Below, one piece after another: positions 1 through 13,072 of a DNA stretch of 64,000 bases. The stretch spans positions 32,054,001 through 32,118,000 of the forward strand of contig NC_088857.1 in assembly GCF_963853765.1 (NCBI RefSeq), written 5' to 3'. Below the pieces are notes generated by a model. It worked only from the letters and a program-made list of their open reading frames with translations, searched no databases and was not told the DNA's origin. Position numbers and translations under genes: made by a program. How positions within the stretch are numbered: position 1 is the stretch's first letter; every line of letters starts with the position of its first letter. This stretch comes from Magallana gigas (lineage: Eukaryota).

Positions 1-3000
1 TCTTCAGTGCACTCTCTGGTACTTCTATTTGATAGCGATTTTTTCCAGATCCCCAGTAAGTCAGATTCTGTAAAGACAACAAATAAGTGATCAAATGCAT
101 TAATGTATAAGGGGAAAGGATCATATTTCACTTGGAGAATTATATGCATTTAGAGTCAATTTCCCTATTACAATATTCATATTCAAACAATAATATTATG
201 AAAAACAAATGGATTGGAAAGCAGCACTGCCTATAAAAACCCTCTCCATGAAAACAATGATATATAAATATATACCTTTAGCTCAGCCTCTATCCAGCTG
301 TCTGTCCAGGTAAATGTAGGTGTATTCAGTATTCTGATATTTACGGGATTCATACAGAAAATAAAACAAAGCTGTGCTTACCCTACAGCCCAGCCTCTGT
401 CTCTGTCTGTCCAGGTACTCCTCCAGTCCCCGCTCCGCCGCCTTCAGATCCGCCTTAGCACCGTCATACTCTGGACTCACTCCTACAACACCCAGGCTAC
501 TTAATCACAGACTTCAATGCAGCTCATTACACTTTATTGGAAAAATCAGTTTGAATTCTTCTTGCATGTAAAATGTTGAAAGCATTTCGAAGAAATAAAC
601 TTGCATGTAAATAGGCATCATTATAAAAGCAAGTTCATAAACATGTTCATGAACAGATATGTTGAAATGTTGTGAAGTTAAAAACTCTTGATGTTTCTTA
701 GCTTTCATCATATTGTAGAAATATTTTCATGAGTTAAACTTGATTTTTAAAATTCTTTCTTAACAATAATTACCTTTGTTTGGTAGAATGACCCCATCTT
801 TCTTTGCCTTTGCATGGTCGAAAGCATTCTGCAAACAAAAATAAAAACATGATAAATGATTATATCCTTAATTATTAATGCACAATCCAATGTATCTGTA
901 CCATTTTGAATAGTACTTATATCTTGCATATATCACAATACATGTATAAGATAGATTAATTGTTAATCATTCATCATGCACTACTACAACTGCACATCGC
1001 TACACTGTATATTCATGATGAAAGATGAAGATGTTTTCAAGTATATACATATTGGACATTACAGGTTGGTCAGTTTTATAAAACCCTGTCTGTTTTTCTG
1101 CATCATTTTTTTGTACATGTATGTGCATTATTTTAGTTAAATTTGTAACTGTTGTATGTATTTCTTACATCAAAGAAATCCAATTCCTTCTTCAAATCAG
1201 GAAATAGCCCTTTATCATCAGCTGTGTCTAATGCCATAGTTTGTTTAAGCAGCTTTGACCTGCAAATCGTCATATCATGATATATCCAAACGCAAATCAT
1301 TTTACAATGTCTGATTTTCACACATTTAAAATTGACCTCTGACATATGAAATATTCTATTCTAGGAAAGACTGCAACTCAAAAAAATAACATACGTGAAA
1401 TTCTCAACATGAGACTTGAACTTCAATGCTACTTTCTGCACCACCTTAAATCCTTCTATTGTAGATAAGAAATCCTCTATTTTCTTCTTACTGTAAGAAA
1501 TGAAACAATTGTTAAATGAATAAATTGTAAAGTTTAAACAGCCCAGCCTATTTATTTTAAGTTTGAAGTTTAATGCTAGTATATCTTTCCAATTGTTTCA
1601 AAAACTTAATTAAAAGTTAAGAATATTTCAAGTCAGAACCAACTCTTGCAATAAATAAGTGCCAAATTCTCAAGCAACATCTGTTCACATATATTTATGG
1701 CCACAGACATTTGTTATTTACTGCATGAAATAAACAAAATAATTTCTTACAGAAATTGTCAAATGTACTTAATGTGGATCTGTGCTCAAATGACAATTCA
1801 CAAATAAAAAATAATGCACACTAGTGTCATAACAAAGTTTTAATGTGTCACTCGAAATCCCTACTCTGTTTTTCACATTACCTGTATTTTGCTTCATCAA
1901 AGAAAATGGCTCTACTATCTGGGTGTGTTTTACTACGAGCCGCAGATCCCAGGCTGTGGAACCTACAGAAAATATTTATCTTATAACAACAGTAAATGCA
2001 TGTCATCACATGATAAAATTATAAAATAATTCATTTCTCCTCTACATATTCTCCTACTAAATACAAATTGTAAAAAAAACTTCTTGGTTTTGCTAGAGTT
2101 TGTTCTACGCTGTGCTTCCACTAAACCTGAAATGGACCATGTTCTCATGGCCAAGTCATCACCAACATTTTGAAATTCCTCAAGTCAAATCTCAACACAA
2201 TTTTGATGTAAAATCCTCAGATTTGAGGCTGAGAATTTACATGAGAAAAATTAGTGGGGTCTGGTCTTTACACTTACTTGCTGAGTATCCGCTCCAAGTC
2301 AGGAAGTTTCCTGATCATATCTATGACCTCAGCCATGATGTCTGGGACTGCATTCAGATCCTCCACAGCGTTGAGTCGATCATTGATGGAGGTAGGATTA
2401 CAGAGGGGGGCACACAACCACTGCTTGAACAACCGCTTACCTTCAATACAGTCAACATGCAGGCTTACTCAAATTGTTGGTGTTTGCTTGTTTGACTACA
2501 ATGACTGTTTGCATGTAACATAACACTTTGGACATACCAAATGGAGTGACGCACTGGTTCAGTCGAGACAACAGAGTTCCTTCCTGTGACCCGTAGAGGT
2601 CGGCCACGTCAAGGTTTCTCAAGGTCAGTCCATCCAGTACCTGAACAATTGAAACGTGTAATGTTAGACACTTGAGGACAATCTACAGTAGACAATCTAT
2701 AGTACCTGTAAGGCAAAGTACAGCTACAGAGATGTGGATACACTTGGACATTAAAAGGATAAACATGACCTTAAACAAAACATATAAACTTCTTTGAAGA
2801 CCCCTTCTTGAAAAGATCATGTACTGCTTTTATGGGGTCATAATCTTGAGTTACATGGAATTTTTATGATAGAATTCAAATCAAAATAATGTAGAAAATC
2901 CACATTCAACAAAGTGCCTAATATTTGATTAAATTTGACAGTTTTATGAGTAAAAGTTGAACTTCTTTACACAAACCCACAAGCAAATATTTTTTAGACA

Positions 3001-6000
3001 AAAAGTTACAGGAAAAACGAATCCTTTCCATCCTTCACTTGTAAGACATGTTGCATGAGTTTCATTCTTTGTGTTAATGAAAGCAATATTCAATGATGTA
3101 ATAGGAATAACTACCATGTGCTGATTTTTCATGAAAGCAGACTTTTCTTTAATAGTGGTTTTTTCTGAGTCTACAGGGATGTATTCCTCAAAGTTCTTCA
3201 TGGACAAGAGCTCCTGGTCCATCAAACTGTATTGCAGGTACCTGGAAACATAATATGTCAGATACAGCAGGCAGGTCATTTTCTGGAAATAATATCCTAT
3301 TTCATGTACATTAAAGACAGTAAATGGAGTAGAAGTAAAATTTTTGAGCTTCCACTTTTCAAGATATATCTTGAGATGAGGTGAACAGGTACATGTATAT
3401 ACAGGTTTTAGTTAGAAAATTTGTGTTTTCTCACCAGATCATGGCTCCCAGTGAGGACACTGCCAGACTGTATTCATCAGCAGCACTCAGGCATAGAGTG
3501 TCCCCTACAGAACACATTATATTTCTTTAAGTTAGTATTATGTATATTGCAATGTTTGCTATACCAATAAACAATGCTAATCACTATAAACATACATGTT
3601 CATATAAAAAAATTTATTTAATTACATGTTTATCTACCTGATATATGAACTTACAATTCATCCATAAAGTTAAAGAAATTCTTTCAAACAAAAATCTTCA
3701 ACTCCGCAAAATATAAGGACGAGAAGGTAAATATAACAAAAGAATTGTACTTATATAATTCTAGATATTTATAACATTGATGTACCGTATTTTCCCGACG
3801 ACTTGTCGAAGCGGACGACTCGTCGAATTGCTCAATTTTAGCCAAAATTTTAACAAAATCCTACGATACGTCGATTCAGACCTTACGTCGATCTTATCAC
3901 TTCAAAATGGCGTATAAAACTGCATAACATTATCATTGTATGATGCCACGATGTCCCCGATATTGCTACCAATTATTATTAATGATTAACATTTAAACAA
4001 TTACGCTTTATACTTATTCATCATATTTTCAAATACCGGCAACATCTACAAAGTCGCTTGCATTTTAAACAATTCCCGGTATCGCGTGTTATGCAAAACT
4101 AAACTTACTTTGTCAGTAATATTTTATTCCCAAGCATTAAAATAATTATCCACTCTGACTATCGCCAGTGTATTCGCCATTACGTAACCAGCCACCTGTT
4201 GACTCGGCGCGTGGTCAATGTTTGTTTAACAATTTCTGGTGTCATAGGCATGCACCTGTCTCGTGTCGGACTTCAAAGGGGGGTCTCAAGTGCAGAAAGC
4301 TTAACAATTAATAAGATTTGAGGAAACTTGTTTTATTACTTTGTATCCAGTAATGCAGTTACACGCTTTTGTTTTACATAGACACTGTTCGAAATAGATC
4401 GATCATTTGTACGACTTGATAATGACGATATACGACATACATACGTTTCCTAAAAAAATTATCTAACAATAATCAAAGAATTGGACAATAATTAATCAAT
4501 GAACTATAATCACTTAATAACGGTACTCCTTATATATACAGGGAGTGAAATTGCCGTAAAGATCTCAGCCTTAGGGCAAGATTATTAACACAACCGGTGT
4601 CAGCCTATTGTATAAACAGTAGTATTGATAATTGCCGATTACGTATTTTAAGATTGAATTTGACCATAAAATAATTCTGATTTATACTTTCCACTCACAA
4701 CTCTTTACTAATAAAATAATTAAATTTAAAAAACATCCCCCGGACCTACTGCAATATTTTCTTCCATTCAAATTTGGTTTCAATTTTACTGCGCAATGTT
4801 ATCTTCCTACAAGTGATACATAGAACCATGTGATGAAGTGTTTATAAAAACGGAACGGTAAAACTTTTGATTGATTAAAGACGTAACATTTTTAAATAAC
4901 TGTTGTTATTATTATGTATTTAAGTGTTAACAGATGAGTGAAAATGATACGGTAATTATTAAAGATGAACAGTGAATTCAACAACGTAATTTTCAATCAC
5001 ACAGCCAACTCAAGATGATTAAAACCAAGATTTTTAATGCTATTTTTAACAATTTTCTGACCTCAAGATTTTAAATGCTATTTTTAACAATTTTTTGACC
5101 TCGAGCCTACGACAAGTCGAACAAGACGATAAGTCGGGAGCTCTGCTTCAGAGAAAAAAATACCGACTAATCGTCGGAAAAATACGGTATTCTGTCAGAA
5201 ACTTTCAAGTTGGTCCTACCATCAGACATCATCTTCTTGAGACACTCTGGCCACACCACCTCGTCCTCACACTTGAAGTATTCCTCCTCTGCTAGGACTT
5301 TGAGGGTCTTACTGCTATCCCAGAATTCTGTGTCTGGTCGTAGGTACTCCTTTATAACAGAGGACAGGTTGTTGTTGATCAGGCTTGATGTCTTTTCAGA
5401 CACCCTCCCTCTTGGCATCAATACCTGCGAGATAAGAACCAACATTTACAATATCAGCTTCATTGATTTACATAGAGTTAAACTTGGGAGTACTTAATAT
5501 ATAATGATGCAGAGACTACTTTATTCCCATCTGACAACTGCTGTCAAATTTTCATTACATTTCAATGAATAGATCTGTCATGATTTATACGCCTTGATAT
5601 TTACCTGCACAGGTGTAAAGTGAGCGATCAGTGTCCTTAACCTGGAACAATACCTGTCATCTGTGAACTGCCCCATCTATAACAGTACACACAGATATGT
5701 ACTTTAAGTTTATAACAAAAGGTTCCAGTTGGAAAGATTCATTTTTATGAAGAAAAAAGAGCAAGATTTTTTGTGGGAAAACATGCACATCTGCATCCAT
5801 AATGTCTGTTTCAATTTTTATGAATGTACATATTAATGTGAATGCAAAGTGTGGGGAAATACGCTGCAAAAACATACAACACTACATATTAAGCAATGTG
5901 TTTGGTTGGCAATTTTATTCATATTAAAATTACCTGAAATTTTCCTATCGTTGTGTCAACAAAACACACTCCATAGGTGCTCTGTCCAAACTGACCATCA

Positions 6001-9000
6001 TCCTGAATAAAGCAAGAAAATCAGAGTATATTCAACCATCTGTCATATAATGTAGTCCATTTACTTTGTGATTTCAAGAAAAGCAGGACAAAGTATCCCT
6101 ACCCCGAAATTAAATTTCTACTGCTTGTATTCCCTTTTCAAGCATGAAGAAACCAACATCTGAGATTTGAGCATTTACTGATCTCACCTTTTCACAGAGA
6201 GCCAGTAGATAGCTACTGTTTGCCTCAGCTATATCCCCATCTGTCACATTAAATGTCTGGGTGCCTTTGGTGGTGATCCTACAGATCTCTCTTTTGACGA
6301 CTTTGTCAAACTTGGTGGCAGGGATTCCCACTGTAAAACAATTCGTTGTCATAGTAACTGATGAGGGTTACCCAAAACCATAGTAACGGAGGTTAACAAT
6401 ATTTAGAGTACAGACCTGAAACTAAAACAAAAAGCATAACATCTATTATGGTTATTTATGAAGATCTGTTTTCAAATACTTAAAGAACCAAGCAAGTTAT
6501 TACTTCGCTACACAATAACGGTCCTTTCAGTATTTATTTATTTCATCTGCAATTTATTAATGTCTGCTTAAAATCCCATCATAGTCGCCATTTTCTATTT
6601 GTCAATCTAGTATCTACCACTGACCTTTTGGGAAGCTTTAAGCATAGATACTGTATATATTGACAAATATAACACTACATTAGGAGCCACATATGCAGGA
6701 ACTTCCCATATCAATAATTCCATATATTTCTTTCGTGCTTTCATGATTATTTTGTTGTTTGGAAGAACATTAGCATTAATTATGAATTGTTCCTTGAGCT
6801 TGGAGCTGTACTTACTGTTTTTGACTCTCTCTGTCATCATGTCTGGGGTCTCCGTCTGCTCTATCCTGGCGACCTTGTAACCTTTCTGGATCAGCATGTC
6901 CGCGTATCTACTGTATGCTATTTCTGGAAAACCTGAGTGAGCTTGTTCTCCCTGACAAAAAAATATCAGTCAAATTCTGCCACACATTTATTTACAGTTC
7001 ATTCACATCAAGTTTTACAGAGAAAACTTGGCGCAGAAATTGAAAATATTATTTTTTGAAACTCTGCAATTACAACACTGTAAACCAACATATATTTGCA
7101 ACATTATTTCTCTATTTACTACTGATAATACATGTATCTTTCAAAGCGACCTATATTTGCAATCCAGCCTTTTTCTTCGAAAACAACACACACTAAAATT
7201 TTTGGCCACTGGTTCAGGAAGTAAATTTTTCAAGATGACAAGGTTTGAACTTTTGCAAAATCCTCCCTCATATGAAAAAAATAGTAGGTTTACAGTAATT
7301 ATGATTTACTTTCATGTAGATCAGCCCAAGTTCCTTCACTCCAACAGCAGCATCCATGTTGAACAATTCATAGAACTTCCCCATCTATAAAATACAAGTA
7401 GACAATATGAACAGTTCTTCATCATACATGTATCAAAATCTATAGACAAGATTCTGGAGAAAGCAGTGTCACATTTCATCTATCTCAGGTGAAATTTTGA
7501 AATTTCCGCACATTACCTTGAAAAATAAGACAGCATCATAATGTTTGGATTTCAATTCCCACCACTGTCTCATTGCCTAAAACAATACAAATTTGATTTT
7601 TTAAAATCTGCATTTCTCATCAATGTGTATCAAGCATTGCTTATTGGGTGAAAAATAAGGTAAACCAACAATTCCGAAATAATACTGAAATTCACATACA
7701 TGAAATTCAACTTTTAAAATGTTTTATTGAAATTTAAATGTAAATTACTGAACACTTACTGGTGTCTGTTGCTTCAAAAAGGAATCAGGTACATATAAAG
7801 TTTTGGGATCATACTCTGGGTCATTTTTACTTTTTTTCTTTATATCCCTGTAACATTCAGTCAAACATTCAGTACACACTGTAGCTGTTACCATACACAA
7901 TTTTTTTTCCAAACCTGAGTGAGCACAGTAATTTGGTAGTGTACTTACTTGATTTTATCTGGCTGAAGGAATTCTAACTTAAGGTATGGATAGTTTGTTT
8001 CCTCCTGTGGTCCTTTGGCAGGTTTTGTGTCCTGTTCAACAAAACATTAGTTTTCAATTTACTGTAATAACTTAAGATTAGGATTTCTCAACTGCATTAC
8101 AAGAAATTTTTATCTGACACTTTTCATATTCATATATCAATGCATTAAAATTAGATAGCAAAGTTTCTATTTATAGGTTCATGTACATGAAACATAATTA
8201 ATGTATACCAGATCAACAGCAGCAAAAGAAGCCAGTTTAGATTTGGTTTTCATCCCAACAGATGGTGTAGAGGGGGCAAGAGAGCGGCTTGTGGAGGGAG
8301 AAGTAGACGCCTCATCCTCAGACCCAGCCTCGTCTTCTTTCGTTTCACTTTTCTTTGGTCGCCATGGTTTTGTATTCTTTTCTGGTCTTTTCCTTTTTCT
8401 TGAAGGTACCTCAGCTTTTCTTGATTTCTACACATTTAGAAATGGTTTTAACAAGAAATACCGATAGTGTATGTAAGATTTTTTACTTGAGGGATTTCAT
8501 AGTACTTAGAACTACGAGTCCACCAGTTGTAAAAATATTAATCTTTAAGAGGAAATGCTGTTTAGTTTGATTTTATAGGAAAGGAATATTCAAACCTTGA
8601 CTGGGGAATCTATTTCTGACTCTGTTTCTGGTTCTGAAATTTTGTCTTCATCTACTCCACTACTGACTTCATCCTCTGAGGAGCCTTCATCTGAGTGGGG
8701 CTTAAACTCATCTTCTAAAGAAGATGAAGAAATTCAATTAATTTCAAAACCTACTAAAATAGATAAGAAACAACTTCGATATACCTCAATACACTATTTA
8801 ATCAAGAATAATTAGGCAAACTGCCTCTTCTATACATTTATAAAAGTTTTTCATGTTCTTCAATGATGCAGTTGTAAAACTAATGGTAATTGTTTTGTCA
8901 AAATCAAGTTTACAGAAGATTCACTAAATTTAACATTGTAGTTACCAATACTTTTCTCTCCATACTACATTATTCATATTTAACACTAAATCTGTCTATG

Positions 9001-11051
9001 CTCCAATGAATCATCTATAGCTATCTCTTTCAAATAAATGGTGACATTCTCTTAAATCTAATGAATTGGAATGTCAATCAGGAACAATGTAATTGAGTAT
9101 AATTTAAAAGAATATAAAGGTGAAATATTCATTTGCAAAACAAAAAAAGTTCAGTTTGCTTTTAGCATTATCACACTACCCCACCTGATTCTCCACTGTC
9201 ACTGGCCATGACTATTCGCCTTCTCTTTGCAGCACGGCCTCTTGTTCTGCCTTTGGGTTTCTAAGATAGAACTGTCATGCCTCAGAACATGCAATTATCT
9301 TTCTTTTAATGATAAAACATCAATTACCAATCATTTTATATCTTTCTTTACATAAAGTTACACCCTGTATCCTTTATCTTCCTTAAATGCATCTCTCAAA
9401 TGATTTTGTACTTTCATGAGAAGTCTTAAAACTGACATACCTCTTCATTTTCATTTTCTTTGCTATTGTCTGCTTCGTTTTCCTCACTTTCTCCACCCTC
9501 TAGATAGCAAAATGGTTTGATAGCTTTACATATCAATAAAACCATTTTTTTTCAGGTATGAAGTTAGTGAAAGCATTCTAATGAATTAATAACATTAATA
9601 GTAAAATGGTTTAAAATCTGTCCATCTGTTTAATCTGTCAACAAGATATTCCTGACAACCTACTCATGTCTAACCTTCATTTTTACATTAAAAACTAGAG
9701 TCATTTGTTGCAATTTACAAGTACAAAAACACTATCTACCTTACCTACAAGCCATACTGTAAACAATTTACATGTACATGTACAAATATAATATCTACCT
9801 TACCTACAAGCCATACTGTAATCACATGAAGCCACAGTAACCTATAATGTAAATACAGTAAGCCACACTATAAACATGATATACCAGTTTATCACTGCAT
9901 ACCTTCCACATCCATTTCCTCTTCCTCCTCTTCATCACTAGAGGGCTGGAGATCCACCACTAGCTTTAATCGATCCTCCAATGACAATTTCAGGGCATTG
10001 TCTGCCTCCTGTGTCCCTTTCTTCACTTTAGGATTGAGAGAGTGGCACTTGCCACCTTTCTTGTAGTCCTCATGGTCTGAGCCCTTATAGGGTATAACAT
10101 CCCTGTAAAAATATATAGATACTTCTCATAGCATTCTTTTTATTGCATGAATGACAAAAAAAGTATATTGTTACCCACTGAGCATAATTCATGCATTCAA
10201 TGTTCATTCATAACAATAGTGGAAAATGCACGAGTAAACAAGCAATACAAAAACCTCAAAATCAAAACAAAAAGTGAATTTCAATTGATAAACTTTCCCA
10301 TCTTTCCTCCAGTCTAAAAACAAATCTCCATTTATTATACTCTTACTTTGCTTTTATCCATGATCTTGTTGGAGGTGTGTCAAAAAACTGTACATGAACC
10401 TGAGGGTTCTTCCCTTGTTTTAGGTGTGTGTTTTCCGTTGGGTGTAAACAGACTAAAGATGGCCACCAAGGGTATCCTGCCAACTTACTCCATACTATGT
10501 CTCCCTCCTTGTAGTCTGAAACATGCACAAATATAATTAGGTTTCTAAATTAAACACTTTTTCAACTTAGCTTTAATTCATCTATCATCTGTGGGTATCC
10601 ATAATTTTTATCCATCTTTTTTTTTTTGGGGGGGGGGGGGGTGGCTAAACTATTTATTAGGTACAGCTCCTGAACAGAAATTCAGGAGACCAGGGTAAGT
10701 GGCCCGGTCTGGTCCATCCCCCATGACAACATTAAGCCATTAATCATTACATAATAATTGACAACGTACTGGAAATATGTGTTTGCCCTACATGTCAAAT
10801 CGTTGTCAAACGAGTGGTTTTTACTTCTTATGGTGTAGAATTGTTATCAAAATTATATTACTTTGATCATTTGGTTCCTTTTTCGCCTGCTTCACTGGTG
10901 TTGGGGTTTCCTGTTTGTTGGGCGATTTCTTTTGCGACAACACATCTGATCCATTAACATTTGGTTGACTACTCTTGTTTGCTGCTGGACTTTTGGAAAA
11001 ATAAGAAAAAAGGGTGTTTCCTTGCTTGGACGGGGTTTGTTTCGGTCCCAT
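1..11051 (-). CDS. MSH6: DNA mismatch repair protein MSH6, 5' part (26 coding exons, ~972 codons); continues beyond the left edge
   Basis: Exons 5'->3': 11051-10862, 10515-10347, 10102-9903, 9499-9441, 9260-9185, 8714-8596, 8427-8209, 8031-7949, 7847-7760, 7576-7517, 7384-7310, 6951-6816, 6330-6188, 6002-5934, 5676-5605, 5424-5220, 3504-3435, 3241-3115, 2640-2538, 2440-2278, 1962-1882, 1490-1395, 1259-1169, 828-774, 482-382, 67-<1. All introns are GT-AG with matching phases. Motifs: PIP-like [13 protein letters not shown] ([18 protein letters not shown]), mismatch-binding [28 protein letters not shown] (Phe-X-Glu), [44 protein letters not shown]. Confidence 0.96.
3785..5187. mobile_element. 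Non-autonomous TIR DNA transposon (~1.4 kb, Tc1/mariner-pogo type) in an MSH6 intron
   Basis: Left end CCGTATTTTCCCGACGACTTGTCG is an imperfect inverted repeat of right end CCGACTAATCGTCGGAAAAATACGG. TA flanks both sides (3783-3784, 5188-5189). No transposase ORF seen. Confidence 0.8.
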
Positions 11052-11341
11052 TTCTCGCCGAAATATCTCCCGCGGTTTTGTCCACAAACAGGAATTATTG
11101 CATATAATATAATTTTAAAGTTGTGCGAATGGTATTTAAATCTCCGGAATTTAGTAGATTATAGTCCACAACAATGTATTTTTCAACATACTCTAAGTCT
11201 TCGTTTAAATAATTAATCATAATTCAAAAATATTATTCAGTGAACAGCCAGGGCAGTTTGGTTGAGCCCAATAATCCTATTTTGACGAGCGCATCAACCC
11301 CCTTTACGTAGCGTCGTTTTTTAAAGGGGAGGGGGGGGGGG

Positions 11342-11573
11342 GTGCAGACTCATCCAAAACATCTTTCATTCATTCAATCTTTATTTACTAGCAAAACTCC
11401 AGCATGGCACAAAATATCAAATGAATCCAAACAAGCCTATGAAAGAGAGGTCACTCACCAGTTAGATAATATAATGGGGAATAATGTACCAGAGACCCAC
11501 CCCGAAATTAACGAATTCTGTATGGCATTCGTTAAATGTATAACAGCAAGTGCGAATTCTGTCGTTCCCAGGT
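11342..11573 (+). mobile_element. Possible degenerate LINE ORF2 fragment (endonuclease-RT linker), interrupted by the MITE
   Basis: The translation ...EINEFCMAFVKCITASANSVVP resembles linker segments of non-LTR ORF2 proteins, but no catalytic motif is visible. Confidence 0.25.
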
Positions 11574-12048
11574 CTATACTCTGTCCCAAGATATTTTGGA
11601 TTCACGTTTGGACGATTTTTAATAAAAATTAATACACTTACCTGTGAAAGAAGTGCAATTGAAATAGTTGAAAGGGATATTTTCCAAGATAATTTCATTG
11701 ACACATTATCATCTTTCACTCGGAAAAATTCACAGGAACGAAAACAGATTCCTTACGGAGATTTATAATGGGGAATGTTTACATCTTTTCTCTATTCGGA
11801 ATACACTCGGAATACATCGCGCAATATTTCAACGTTATCATCCGGGCTTACTGCAATGCAAAATCTCCGTAGACATAACATTTTTTAGCATTGTATTGAA
11901 ACCTGATAAGCTAGCAGGGGCGTTTTGACTGAGAAATCTTGGAAATTTTTCATACTTTTGAATGAACATCGTTTGGATCCTGAGGTATTTATAAATATTA
12001 AACAATTAAGCCAAATGTGAATCCAAAATATCTTGGGACAGAGTATAG
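11574..12048. mobile_element. MITE with ~38-bp TIRs
   Basis: CTATACTCTGTCCCAAGATATTTTGGATTCACGTTTGG (from 11574) is inverted to CCAAATGTGAATCCAAAATATCTTGGGACAGAGTATAG (ending 12048). GT lies on both sides, a possible 2-bp TSD. Confidence 0.75.
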
Positions 12049-12181
12049 GTCCCAAGCCAAACAAAAATAAAAAATTAAAACAAAATTAAATAAAATGCTA
12101 CGAGAAAAAGTGAGGAACCCCTCCCCCTCACCCGATGTTTATTGTTACGTGACTTGTAATCCAAACTGATATCGTCGCAAT

Positions 12182-12239
12182 TAAGCCACGGGTTTTGTGT
12201 CTCCTGTGGACATAGAGTGGACACAAAACCCGTGGCTTA
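12182..12239. repeat. Perfect 20-bp inverted repeat with 18-nt loop
   Basis: TAAGCCACGGGTTTTGTGTC / GACACAAAACCCGTGGCTTA, with an outer ATCGTC...GACGAT pair. No TSD found. Confidence 0.8.
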
Positions 12240-12530
12240 CGACGATGAATTATTATGAAAGTTAGTGTTTTGGAGGGTTTTTTTTTACAATCTTGGTCAA
12301 ATTAGATAGCCCAGTAAGATATTGGTATTGATGACGTTCAGTTCTGTTTTTCATACAGACACTTAAATTTTCGAGTCGAAAGCCCCTATAACTCATTTTC
12401 GGAGGTATAGAAGAAATAATCGCGAACAAATGTATGACTTCAGCGATACGTTCATTCATGTTAAGGGTAACATCGCAAAAAAAAAAAAAATGCCAAACTG
12501 CTTATTGTGGCATTAAAAATAAATTTATAT

Positions 12531-12692
12531 ACTTCATTATCTCGAACTAGATGGGACTGTTTAAAAATTTCTGAGTATTCGAAGGTAAAAAATTAAAAAA
12601 AAACAAGTGGTTGGGGTTTACAAATCACTTCGACATATCCACTGTATTCGAGCTATCAGTGTTGGAGATACATGTATCAAAGTTCAACTGTA
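12531..12692. mobile_element. TA-type MITE, same family as 45596-45775
   Basis: Shares TAGATGGGACTGTT, AAGTGGTTGGG, GACATATCCACTGTATT and TCAAAGTTCAACTGTA with the 45.6-kb copy. Confidence 0.7.
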
Positions 12693-13072
12693 TGTCCTTT
12701 GAAGATCATTGAAATGTGAATTATATGTACACGTGTTCGATTGTTTGAACATGCGTGTGTATTTGGGGATATCATTATTAATTGATGATATATAATCTAT
12801 ATAACAAATTAAGTCAACTTAAAATTTCTTTTGACTCTTTCCTGCCGATATGGACGAAATGTTTTCTGACGTCATCACTCGCTTCTGTGATAAAGTTAAC
12901 TCCATATGTATTATAAAAATATAACACATATTATACTGTTTGCATGTGCCGCTTTCAGGGAAAATAAAGACAAAGCACAGTATATTTTTTTTTTAATTTA
13001 ATTTATTCTCGATCACTGCATCATATAATTTTTTTTTATATTTTCTTCCATTAGTTGAATTATTCTCTCTCT

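Noticed and set aside
2100-2523. Plus-strand ORFs of 131 and 89 aa
   Set aside because: Antisense shadows of MSH6 exons; the same applies to 5210-5497, 8201-8815, 18796-19108 and 35002-35217.
9733-9821. Short local duplications (30 bp here; also 14746-14775 and 24821-24891)
   Set aside because: Two-copy intronic slippage duplications with no sign of function.
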